Source: Candidatus Peribacteraceae bacterium
Lineage (GTDB): Bacteria; Patescibacteriota; Gracilibacteria; Peribacterales; Peribacteraceae
Length of the DNA stretch: 37,495 bases
Direction: 5' to 3'
NCBI GenBank assembly: GCA_013140485.1
Contig: JABFSS010000116.1
Location: forward strand, 1-37,495
The notes beneath the pieces are model-generated. The model did no database searches. It saw nothing but the letters and a program-made list of their open reading frames with translations, and was not told the origin of the DNA. Both the position numbers and the translations under genes were made by a program. Numbering within the stretch: position 1 is the first letter of the stretch; every line of letters begins with the position of its first letter. Shown here in pieces: positions 16,265 to 25,119 of the stretch.

Positions 16265-19200
16265 TTAACCCTGGTAACTCGTCGACTTGATCGTGGTCTC
16301 CGGATACTCCACCCAGAGGAAGCTGGAGGAGGTCGTGTGACCGGCCGAGATCGTCGAGTTGTCGGAATCCACCCACTCGAAGTGGCTGAGCGTGGAAGCG
16401 ACACCGAAGGTTGTGAGCGAGAACGAGTCGAAGTTCACGATGCTGACTTGCAGCGTGGACGTCGATGTCGAGCTGAGCTTGGGGTTGATGATCTTCGCCT
16501 GGAGGACGAAGGTCTGATCCGAGCCCGGATCGATGGTCGCGTTGACCAAGCTCGTCGCAGTCTTGGACAAGCCGCTGCAGTACACAACGAAGGAACCGGA
16601 GGAGACGTACGATGTCGTCAGCGCTGTGCTGGCAACAGGGTTGAAGGCCGTGCAGGCCTCCGTCACCGTGGAGTTCGACTTGTTGTAGAACTTGAACAGC
16701 GAGGTGTCCATACCGACGTTCGTGGCGTTGACGTTGAAGACCACGCCCGAGAGAAGGACTTTGTTCAAGCCGTTCTTCGAGTTGCCGTTCGGAGCAGCCG
16801 AGATCTTGAATTGACCGATGTTCGACACATCTGTCGGGATGTTGCTGCCGTTGGCGTCGGGGTTGGCGTTCGCGATCGTGAGGATCTGCGAGAGGACGAC
16901 GAAGTGGCGGTTGCCGACGATATAACTGTTCGTCGTGGCCGTCTTCGTTCCGATGAAGATTTCGCCTTCACCGGAGGTGTCGCCGTCGTTGACTGCGAGC
17001 GTGTTGCTCGACTGGTCGCCGCGTGCGCGGATAGCGCCGGAACCGTTGGCGTTATCAAACGCTGCGTCGCGGGGGATGTAGAGCTGGACGCCGGTGCCGG
17101 AGATTGCGCCGTCGACGTCCGACTTGATGCGCGCCTTGACGAGCACTTTGACGTCAGAACCCTTCGGAACAACGAGCGAGCGGTTCTGCATCTTGAGACA
17201 GAACGCCTTGGTCGGAGCGAGGCCCTGACCTTCGTTGATCGAGCGAGTGCGATCGGATCCGCATCCACCGATGGTGGCGGAACCGAAGGACGTCGTCGAA
17301 CCTTCCTTGAAGAGTTCAAGACGATCGACGGACGACATGATCGAACCCGAAGAGTTCAATTGAATGTCGGTGACGTCGATGTCTTCGTTCTCGGAGTGGA
17401 GGTTCAAACGGAGAATGGTGTCTCCGAGAGCTCCGCCGAGGAGCTGGCGGTTGCGGACAGGCGTCGTGTCAACGGAGACGAAGAGGTCACCCTGACTGAC
17501 GAGAGCCCAGCGCTGCGCGGTGACGGTCGAAACCGTGATGTCCGCGCTGGTCGCTCCGCCGATGAGCGAGCCGTCGAGCTTGATGCCCGAGAGGCTGCTG
17601 CCGCGGTCAACTGTTTCAGCTTCCACGAACGTATCAGCCGTGGAGAACGCGAGGAGGAGATCGTCGTTCGTGAGGGAAGCGGCGATGTCCGAGTGCACCT
17701 CGAACACCACTGTCTTCTCTTTCGGAATAACGAATCCGCCGCCGGTCAACTGTGCGAAGGTGACCTTGTTGCTCTGAGAGGTTTGACCCTTCTCGAGCAC
17801 AGTGTCGACCTTGCCGTCGCCGTCGGTGTCTACCCAGAGCGTGTAGTTCAAGCCGTTCTGGAGGGACGTTGCGCCGGTGCCGGAGTTGAAGATGAACTTG
17901 GTCAAGAGAATATCCTTTGCTTCACCTGCGCGAGATTCGAAGCGGAACAGGTTGATGTTCTTGCTGTTCTTGACCGCGACATCGGACGTGCCGGTCGCCT
18001 TGACGGCGATCGTCAGGTTCGCGTCGGCGATGCGCTGCGAGTTACCCGTGATGGTGTTGCGCGGGCGGACGTCGTTGACTTTGTCGCCCGTGCTCAGACC
18101 TTCGACCTGCATTTGGTAGCTGGTGACGGTCTGCGCGATGTGACCTCCGAAGGTGCAACCGACCGTGTTGGTGCCGGTGCTGACCTGCGTCGGTTCGCCA
18201 CAGATGTGGATCTTGAACGTGTCTCCGTTCTTCGGGTGGTTGCCGGAACCGTTGTCGATGAAGTCGACGCGGAGCTCGTAGGTCTCCTTGCCGTTTACCG
18301 TGAAGTCATCGAAGCGGTAGATCTGGTATGTACCCACGCTGGCTGTCTGACCGGAGGTGCCGCTGTCGGTGAGACGGACGGCATCAATGCTGCGGCCGGT
18401 TGCCTTGTTGCGGAGCTGGACGTTTTCGAGAACTTCGTTAATAGCGTCGTAGGACGAAGTGCCGCTGGAAGCGAGCGTCGCACCTGTGCTGGTCTTGCCT
18501 TCGACAGCAACGAAGAGTTTGCGAACGTTCACGCGCTCGCCACCGGTCGTGAAGATGATGTTGGCGAGGACTGCTTCGTTCTGATCGCGTGTGTAGCTCT
18601 GCTGTGACGGACCGTCGATTTCGATGGTGAATTCACCGGCATCGATGGTAACCGTGGCGGGCAGAGTGGAGGTCTCCGCGATGATCGCAATGCGCGAGCC
18701 GTAGAGTTGTCCGTTCACGCCGTACCCGTACAGGGAACCGACGGCGAAAATGTCGGACGTCTCCTCGAAGTGCATCTTCGCGGTGTCACCGGCGCCGCCG
18801 ATGACGTCCGCAATGATGTCCATCGTGAGCTTGTCGCCCTCAAGAACCGTGAAGGGCGGATCGAAGACGAAGGTCATGAAATCTCCGACCGACGTCTCGA
18901 CGGTGTTCGTGAGAACCGTACCGTCGCTGCGGCGGAGCTTCAAATTCGTGAGATCTCCGTCGTGAACCGTACCGTCGTTCTCAATGGTCATGGAGTAAAC
19001 CGTCTGGTCCTCGGTGGAGTCGGTCGAGATCTGGAACTTACCGACGACGACACCCTTGTCGCCGACTTCGACCTCATCCGGAGAAACCGTGCGGTACTCA
19101 ATGCTGACGCGTCCGCTGCGGACGGCGGCGACCTTGAAGGTGCTGCCGCGGAGCGGGAAGTTACCCGTCACCTGCTTCGCGTTCGTCGTGATATCGGACG

Positions 19201-20539
19201 GAAGTTCGGCTGCCAAGTTGTGCTCGGCGGACGTGGTTGCCGTGGAGTTGAAGTCCGCGGCGATGTCGACAGTGACGGTCTTGCACGCAGCAACCTGGAG
19301 CGTGTTGCTCAAGTGGATGCTTGCAGTCTGGTCCTTGCTGTCGATCGTGCGCTTGCGCGAGATGCGGGCGCCGTTGACGGTCGCGTAGACGCCGTCGATG
19401 TCGTTTTCGTCACCAAAACCTTCATGGAGAACCGTGAGGTCGGTGATGGACGCCTGATCGTCACAGGACGCCGTGATGTCGATGGAAAGCATCGTCACGC
19501 CGACCGCTCCCTGGGGGATCGTGTCGCCAACCGGGTTCTTGGAAGAAACCGAGATGGAGAGCGTGCTGTTGCTGGTCGGGAGAGCCGTGTAACCCGTGAA
19601 CGTGTCGGAATCGGAAAAGATCGTGCCATCCGAACCCTTAACGTCGGTTGCGGTGACCGTGTATTCCTTTCCACCCGTGAGATCGCCGGAGAGCGTGAGC
19701 TCAACCGTGTCGTCCGCAACGAGCTTGGCGGAGGTGACGGAGACTTCCGGGTTCGCACCCGTGACCGAGTAGTGACTGGCCGTCTCTGCGGAGGTCTTGT
19801 CCATGTTGATGGAGAACTCAACCTCGACTGTCTTTGAACTCGTCGCCTTCACGCTGGCCATGCCAACAGTGACGGGACCTCCATCGTCGCCGCAATCGAC
19901 GCCGTAGGAGAGACCCTGGTCCACGCGGTAAAGCATGACGACCATTTCAGCGCGGTTCATGTTGTCGCTCGGGCGAACGCGGCCCGTGGAATCGTCACCC
20001 TGGAGAACGCAGTGATCTGCGGACGTCTGGATAGACTCCGTGTACCACTGGCCACCCGGGTTATCGACGAACTGGGGAGCTGCACCCGTCGCCTCGAGCC
20101 CGAAGGCGCGGACGATGAGAGCGGCTGCCTCGGCGCGGTTAATGTTTGCGCCTGGGCGTGCGTAGCAAGGATGGGTGCCGTAGCAGTTGCCATCGCCGCG
20201 AACCCACTGCTCTTTCGCAGCCTCTTCCATGTAAGCGTAGTACCAGGCCGATGACCCAACGTCATCGAAGCTGGCGACTGCGGGCGGGGTCGAGAGGAGA
20301 CCACCGTTCAGCATGACGAGGAGCTTAACGAACTCCGCGCGGTTGGCGTTGTCGCCGCCGCGGAAGCGCGGTTGGCTCGCGTCTAGGATGCCGTTGTCCG
20401 TGAATGCGGAGACGGCTTCCTCGAACCAGACCCCGGAGGCCACGTCGGAATAAGCAGCAAACACGCTCGACACTGGGCTGAGCATGATGGCGCTGGCCGA
20501 GAGACCTGCGAGGACTTTCTTAAAGCGAGAAATGTCCAT
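16265..20539 (-). CDS. S-layer homology (SLH) domain protein, probable major S-layer protein (about 1424 aa)
   Basis: Signal peptide MDISRFKKVLAGLSASAIMLSPVSSVFA; three SLH repeats (NRAEFVKLL, NRAEAAALI, NRAEMVVML); long Ser/Thr/Gly/Val-rich beta region; strong codon bias. Confidence 0.92.
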   Translation of the reverse strand: MDISRFKKVLAGLSASAIMLSPVSSVFAAYSDVASGVWFEEAVSAFTDNGILDASQPRFRGGDNANRAEFVKLLVMLNGGLLSTPPAVASFDDVGSSAWYYAYMEEAAKEQWVRGDGNCYGTHPCYARPGANINRAEAAALIVRAFGLEATGAAPQFVDNPGGQWYTESIQTSADHCVLQGDDSTGRVRPSDNMNRAEMVVMLYRVDQGLSYGVDCGDDGGPVTVGMASVKATSSKTVEVEFSINMDKTSAETASHYSVTGANPEVSVTSAKLVADDTVELTLSGDLTGGKEYTVTATDVKGSDGTIFSDSDTFTGYTALPTSNSTLSISVSSKNPVGDTIPQGAVGVTMLSIDITASCDDQASITDLTVLHEGFGDENDIDGVYATVNGARISRKRTIDSKDQTASIHLSNTLQVAACKTVTVDIAADFNSTATTSAEHNLAAELPSDITTNAKQVTGNFPLRGSTFKVAAVRSGRVSIEYRTVSPDEVEVGDKGVVVGKFQISTDSTEDQTVYSMTIENDGTVHDGDLTNLKLRRSDGTVLTNTVETSVGDFMTFVFDPPFTVLEGDKLTMDIIADVIGGAGDTAKMHFEETSDIFAVGSLYGYGVNGQLYGSRIAIIAETSTLPATVTIDAGEFTIEIDGPSQQSYTRDQNEAVLANIIFTTGGERVNVRKLFVAVEGKTSTGATLASSGTSSYDAINEVLENVQLRNKATGRSIDAVRLTDSGTSGQTASVGTYQIYRFDDFTVNGKETYELRVDFIDNGSGNHPKNGDTFKIHICGEPTQVSTGTNTVGCTFGGHIAQTVTSYQMQVEGLSTGDKVNDVRPRNTITGNSQRIADANLTIAVKATGTSDVAVKNSKNINLFRFESRAGEAKDILLTKFIFNSGTGATSLQNGLNYTLWVDTDGDGKVDTVLEKGQTSQSNKVTFAQLTGGGFVIPKEKTVVFEVHSDIAASLTNDDLLLAFSTADTFVEAETVDRGSSLSGIKLDGSLIGGATSADITVSTVTAQRWALVSQGDLFVSVDTTPVRNRQLLGGALGDTILRLNLHSENEDIDVTDIQLNSSGSIMSSVDRLELFKEGSTTSFGSATIGGCGSDRTRSINEGQGLAPTKAFCLKMQNRSLVVPKGSDVKVLVKARIKSDVDGAISGTGVQLYIPRDAAFDNANGSGAIRARGDQSSNTLAVNDGDTSGEGEIFIGTKTATTNSYIVGNRHFVVLSQILTIANANPDANGSNIPTDVSNIGQFKISAAPNGNSKNGLNKVLLSGVVFNVNATNVGMDTSLFKFYNKSNSTVTEACTAFNPVASTALTTSYVSSGSFVVYCSGLSKTATSLVNATIDPGSDQTFVLQAKIINPKLSSTSTSTLQVSIVNFDSFSLTTFGVASTLSHFEWVDSDNSTISAGHTTSSSFLWVEYPETTIKSTSYQG

Positions 20540-20584
20540 AAAAGAAATAAAGAAAAGAGGAAATAAAAGCGAATTGGATTGATT

Positions 20585-20632
20585 GTCAGTTCGAGTAGTT
20601 CGTCCGCCTGAGGCGGACGAGCGTATCGAGGA
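20585..20632 (+). repeat. REP-like element upstream of the S-layer gene
   Basis: gtcagttcgagtagttcgtccgcctgaggcggacgagcgtatcgagga. Confidence 0.8.
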
Positions 20633-21285
20633 AGATTCAATAAACGTGCAAAGATTGTCCACGCACCTGGATGTTGTTGGGAATGAGTGCCAGAAGGCAC
20701 TCCCCTCCTTAAATATAAAGAGATGAAACACACCCGATACATGTCCTGCTGCGAACAGCAGAAAGCCCCCAAAAAAGAAGGGGGGTTGAACAATCGAAAA
20801 TTCATACGAAACACGATCCGAACCCAAAAGGGATTGGATGTGGGATAACTGTCGCTCTGTAAGAGAGGCAGGTGCCGAATTTTCAAAGATCAGATACGCG
20901 TCGACCACGCTCACCGTTTTTTGGAGCGGATCAGGGGGATGGTACAGAACCCGTTTCCCGCTAATCAAGCGTCCAAACTGGCTTGGGTGGCAGTGCAGAT
21001 AACGCTCCGGCCCGGGGGGTGTTACGGTCCGCATAAGGAGAATGTCCTGTTTGCGGCATCTACGGGCACAGCGTTTGGCGATTCTCTAACGAATTTAGAC
21101 GCCAAAAGTGGGGTTGGGGACCGGGGCATTTGACTGGAAATACGGTTGCAAAAATGGGGTTTCGGTACATAGTCGGCCCCTATATTCAGGATCACGCGTA
21201 AAGAGGAGTTTCCGGAAAGAATACTGCACGCAAGAATTCCTGACGTCAGCTTCTCTCGACTCGATGTACAGAAGAACGAAGAGGA

Positions 21286-22737
21286 TCACCGTGCCTCCTT
21301 TATAGTCTGTCCCTGTGCAGTGTCTTTCACATCCCATCCCCTGTCCTTTATAGCATCGCGGAGGCGGTCGGATTCTTTGAAGTCTTTGGCTGCGCGCGCG
21401 GCCTCTCTATCCTTTATAAGGGAGAGCACATCATCGGGAACGGGCTCGGCCTGAGACTCAGGTTCGAAGCAGCCGAAGGTCGTCTTCACTTCCTCTATAA
21501 AGGAGGAGAGAGCACTGAGAGATTCCGTCGACCATCCCTTCTGATTCCGCGACCATGCCATACAATCAAAAATAACCGCTAAGGCTTGCGGAGTATTCAG
21601 ATCGCCGTTCATTGCATCTGCGAAGTCCTCCGCAAAGTTTTTTTTGGAATCATCACTCCCCTTTCCTGCGCTGAACGTCACGCATTCCCGTATCCACTCC
21701 ACGATCTTCGTTCGCGCCTTGCGCGCATCGTCCATCCCCTTCCACGCGAACTTCAGATTGGTTCTGTAGTGCACGGAGAGGAGGTAATAGCGCAGATCGA
21801 GAGGCGAATATCCCTTTTCGACGATGTCGGGCACGGTGAGGATATTGCCAAGACTCTTTGACATCTTGGCGTCTCCGAGGTCGATTCTCCTCTTATGGAG
21901 CCATAACCGGACGAACTGCTTCCCCGTGGCGCACTCGCTCTGCGCAATCTCGCACTCGTGATGCGGGAAAATGTTGTCTTCGCCGCCGGTGTGCAGATCG
22001 ATCTGGTCTCCCAATAAGGAAGAGCTCATCGCGGAGCATTCGATATGCCAGCCGGGAAATCCCGATGACGCATCTTCGCCTGAACTCTGACTGACCTCGC
22101 CCGTCGAAAATTTCCAGCGCAGAACGTGCCGTCCATTGTCACCCACGCATTTTTTCCAGAGTGCGAAATCCGCAGGATGCTTTTTCTTCTCGTCGACGCC
22201 TACGCGCGCGCCGGCATTGAGGTTCTGAAGAGTATTGCCGGAAAGGGCTCCGTAGTGCGGAAAAGTCTCTACTGCGAAGTAGATGCCGTCATCGGTTTCG
22301 TACGCATTCCCCTTCTCCAGCAGCACCTTGATGATCGCAAGTTGTTCTTTGATGAACTCACTCGCGCGCGGGCGCGCCATGGGCTCGAGCATGTTCAACG
22401 CCTTCTCATCTTCGAGATACTGCTCCGTGTACCGCCTTGCGATTTCGAGCGGGTGCAATTTTTCCGTCTCCGCCTGTTTTTGAATTTTATCGTCACCGTG
22501 ATCACTGTCATGCAGCAGATGCCCGACGTCGGTGATGTTCTTCACGTGTTTGACCTGATAGCCGCTCACTTCCAGCCACCGGCGGAGCAAATCGGCCATT
22601 AAAAACGAGGAATAATTGCCGATATGCGGCCGTCCGTAGACCGTGGGGCCGCACGTGTACATCGTCACCTGTTTTGGCGTGAGGGTGACAAGTTGTTCAT
22701 CCTTTTTGGAATACGTGTTGTACAGAGAGAGGGGCAT
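21286..22737 (-). CDS. cysS: Cysteine--tRNA ligase
   Basis: MYTCGPTVY, HIGN, NITDVGH, DFALWK, PGWHIECSAMS, DLHTGGEDNIFPHHECEIAQS, KMSKSLGN. Confidence 0.98.
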   Translation of the reverse strand: MPLSLYNTYSKKDEQLVTLTPKQVTMYTCGPTVYGRPHIGNYSSFLMADLLRRWLEVSGYQVKHVKNITDVGHLLHDSDHGDDKIQKQAETEKLHPLEIARRYTEQYLEDEKALNMLEPMARPRASEFIKEQLAIIKVLLEKGNAYETDDGIYFAVETFPHYGALSGNTLQNLNAGARVGVDEKKKHPADFALWKKCVGDNGRHVLRWKFSTGEVSQSSGEDASSGFPGWHIECSAMSSSLLGDQIDLHTGGEDNIFPHHECEIAQSECATGKQFVRLWLHKRRIDLGDAKMSKSLGNILTVPDIVEKGYSPLDLRYYLLSVHYRTNLKFAWKGMDDARKARTKIVEWIRECVTFSAGKGSDDSKKNFAEDFADAMNGDLNTPQALAVIFDCMAWSRNQKGWSTESLSALSSFIEEVKTTFGCFEPESQAEPVPDDVLSLIKDREAARAAKDFKESDRLRDAIKDRGWDVKDTAQGQTIKEAR

Positions 22738-22826
22738 CAACGAGAGGATATAGAAGGAGGAGAGCTGAGACGAGCCTTATAAAACAAGGGCCGCACATCA
22801 TGTGCGACCCCGCACTGACCTCCAGG

Positions 22827-23021
22827 TCAGTTTTTTTGATTGGGTGGGTCGTGTCCTCGTGGACGACGACCCGGTGGAAACTCCGGAACTTGAGGGACAT
22901 CCTTGGGCTCCGAAATTTGGGAAGTTGGGTCTACAGGAGACCCATTGACCGTGACAACGGTGACCTTGAGGTCTTCGTTGATAACGATCGGCTTCCCGCT
23001 CTCTCTGGAAATGATGAACAT
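22827..23021 (-). CDS. Divergent CsrA/RsmA-like small protein (64 aa)
   Basis: MFIISRESGKPIVINEDLKVTVVTVNG follows the CsrA N-terminal pattern MLILTR..GE.I.IGD.I.VTVL.V.G; AAGGAG RBS upstream; C-terminus diverged. Confidence 0.55.
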   Translation of the reverse strand: MFIISRESGKPIVINEDLKVTVVTVNGSPVDPTSQISEPKDVPQVPEFPPGRRPRGHDPPNQKN

Positions 23022-23149
23022 TTCCGAACTCCTTGTTGTAGAGAGAACGCCTGAACTCGCTAGGTCAACCGTGACCAAACTGTCAGGAATAGCGAAAGAG
23101 TACAGTATACAAATAGTAATACAAGAGAATATTTTCCTATTGCGTCAAA

Positions 23150-23884
23150 TTATGTAACGTTCTTCTGTGGCTGCACAGGCATGCCAAATTCTGCAAGCGA
23201 GACCATAAGGTCCGGCTGCTTTTCTAACTGATTATTGAGCTTCCTGTAAATGCTCTGGTTGTAGAGAAAGTAACCTCCCTCTTTCAGCATACGTTTGACC
23301 TCCCCCGTGATGGCAACATCTAAGTCTTCCAGTTGGTCATGAGTAAGACGATCAATCAGCTCAGGAGCAGTAACATCGCCACCCCAACGTGAATCTTCTT
23401 TGATGCGCGACGGTGCAACTAAGAAAGCCGAACTGTTAATCAGATCAAAGGAGTCGTCATCAAACTCTCTAAGAAGAGCAGCACAGTCAGAGGCATCTTT
23501 GAGCTCAATTTTCTTGTGTTCGTAATTTTCTCCTGGGCTTGGACGACGATCAATGCCCGTGACATTTGCGCCACAGGCAGCGGCAAATCGTGCAAACCAT
23601 GGTTCATACATTCTTGGGAGAAATCCTGCATGCTCACCTCGATTTGCAACATCCGTAAACTCGCTACCATCTCGCGGCTTGGCACCGCAACCGATATCCA
23701 AAATCCGCATCTTCGGTAAATTCGTGAATCCATTGGTGACGACATGCAAACGATGCCACTGAAAATTCATCAAACCATCGACTCTTTCTGTGGGAGAAAG
23801 CTGGAATTCCTTGTCTATCACTGCACTCGCGGCATCAACGATATTTTGCTCTTCTGCCTTATCGCGCAATGATCGTAGAGCCAT
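23150..23884 (-). CDS. Class I SAM-dependent methyltransferase
   Basis: RILDIGCG, VTGID, DDSFDLI, KRMLKEGGYF; AT-richer than flanks. Confidence 0.8.
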   Translation of the reverse strand: MALRSLRDKAEEQNIVDAASAVIDKEFQLSPTERVDGLMNFQWHRLHVVTNGFTNLPKMRILDIGCGAKPRDGSEFTDVANRGEHAGFLPRMYEPWFARFAAACGANVTGIDRRPSPGENYEHKKIELKDASDCAALLREFDDDSFDLINSSAFLVAPSRIKEDSRWGGDVTAPELIDRLTHDQLEDLDVAITGEVKRMLKEGGYFLYNQSIYRKLNNQLEKQPDLMVSLAEFGMPVQPQKNVT

Positions 23885-23974
23885 AAATTCATTATATCAC
23901 TTATTATGAATTAGTCAAAACACCAATAAACCCATGGCACATGATACACTGAGACATCTTTCTTCACTGCTCAC

Positions 23975-25045
23975 ATGAAGTTCCAAGACATCCGCTCTCT
24001 CCTCGGCGACAAAGCAGACTCGCTGCTCAATCACGTCTCGAAAACTATCCCCAAAGAGAAGCTTCACCTCCCGAGTATGAAGAACATACAAGAGGTTTTT
24101 TCGGCTTCGGATAGATCAAAGAAGGTGCAGGACAATTTGAAGACGCTCTACGGTCACGGACGGTTGGGCGGCACCGGCTACCTCTCGATTCTGCCCGTCG
24201 ACCAGGGCATCGAGCACTCGGCAGGCGCCTCGTTTGCGAAAAATCCGGACTACTTTGACCCCGACAATATCGTGCAACTCGCGATCAAGGGCGGCTGCAA
24301 TGCGGTGGCGTCGACGGTGGGCGCACTCGGCATCGTGTCGAAGAAATATGCATCGAAAATTCCCTTCATCGTGAAGCTCAATCATAACGAACTCATGACC
24401 TATCCGAACAAGTTCGATCAGATCATGTTTTCGACGGTGGAGCAGGCGGCGGACATGGGCGCGCTGGGTGTGGGTGCGACGATTTATTTCGGATCGCCGG
24501 AGTCGGGACGGCAGATCGTGGAGGTGGGGCAGGCCTTCGCAAAAGCGCATCAGCTAGGGCTCTTTACGGTGCTGTGGTGTTACCTGCGCAACTCCGGTTT
24601 CAAGAAAGACGGAGTCGATTATCACCTGGCCACGGACCTCACGGGACAGGCCAATCACCTCGGCGTGACACTCGAAGCCGACATCATCAAACAGAAATTA
24701 CCGGAGGTGAACGGCGGGTTCACGGCGCTCAATTCCGGCACAAGTTCGTACGGAAAATTGGACAAACGCATGTATGAAAAACTGAGCAGTGATCACCCCA
24801 TCGATCTGTGCCGCTATCAGGTCGCCAACTGCTATATGGGACGCATCGGACTCATCAACTCCGGCGGCGCGAGCGGTGAGAATGACCTGCAGCAGGCGGT
24901 GATGACGGCCGTGATCAATAAACGCGCGGGCGGGGCGGGACTCATTTCCGGTCGCAAAGCTTTTCAGAAGCCGATGAACGAAGGCGTGGAGATTTTGAAT
25001 GCGATTCAGGATGTGTACCTGTGTAAGGAGGTGACGGTCGCTTAA
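23975..25045 (+). CDS. fbaB: Class I fructose-bisphosphate aldolase (DhnA type)
   Basis: [59 protein letters not shown]. Confidence 0.97.
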   Translation: MKFQDIRSLLGDKADSLLNHVSKTIPKEKLHLPSMKNIQEVFSASDRSKKVQDNLKTLYGHGRLGGTGYLSILPVDQGIEHSAGASFAKNPDYFDPDNIVQLAIKGGCNAVASTVGALGIVSKKYASKIPFIVKLNHNELMTYPNKFDQIMFSTVEQAADMGALGVGATIYFGSPESGRQIVEVGQAFAKAHQLGLFTVLWCYLRNSGFKKDGVDYHLATDLTGQANHLGVTLEADIIKQKLPEVNGGFTALNSGTSSYGKLDKRMYEKLSSDHPIDLCRYQVANCYMGRIGLINSGGASGENDLQQAVMTAVINKRAGGAGLISGRKAFQKPMNEGVEILNAIQDVYLCKEVTVA

Positions 25046-25046
25046 A

Positions 25047-25110
25047 AGTTAATTTGTTAACTGGTTAATTGGTATCTCTTGCGAGTACCAGTTAACAAAT
25101 TAACCAATTA
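25047..25110. repeat. Inverted octamer array/hairpin between convergent fbaB and yidC (possible bidirectional terminator)
   Basis: gttaatttgttaactggttaattggta ... taccagttaacaaattaaccaatt. Confidence 0.7.
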
Positions 25111-25119
25111 TCTTCGAGT

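Noticed and set aside
16337-19837. Long plus-strand ORFs (756 aa and 376 aa) opposite the S-layer gene; likewise 29472-31205 and 3622-8241
   Set aside because: Antisense shadows caused by strong codon bias; no recognisable motifs
20540-21034. 165-aa N-terminal extension of the S-layer ORF given by the ORF track
   Set aside because: A signal peptide starts at ATG 20539; the upstream region is hairpin-rich and looks non-coding
20930-21220. RNase P RNA or tmRNA (ACAGAACCCG and GAGGAG-like fragments)
   Set aside because: Fragments are imperfect and in the wrong order; no GAGGAAAGTCC and no tRNA-like ends
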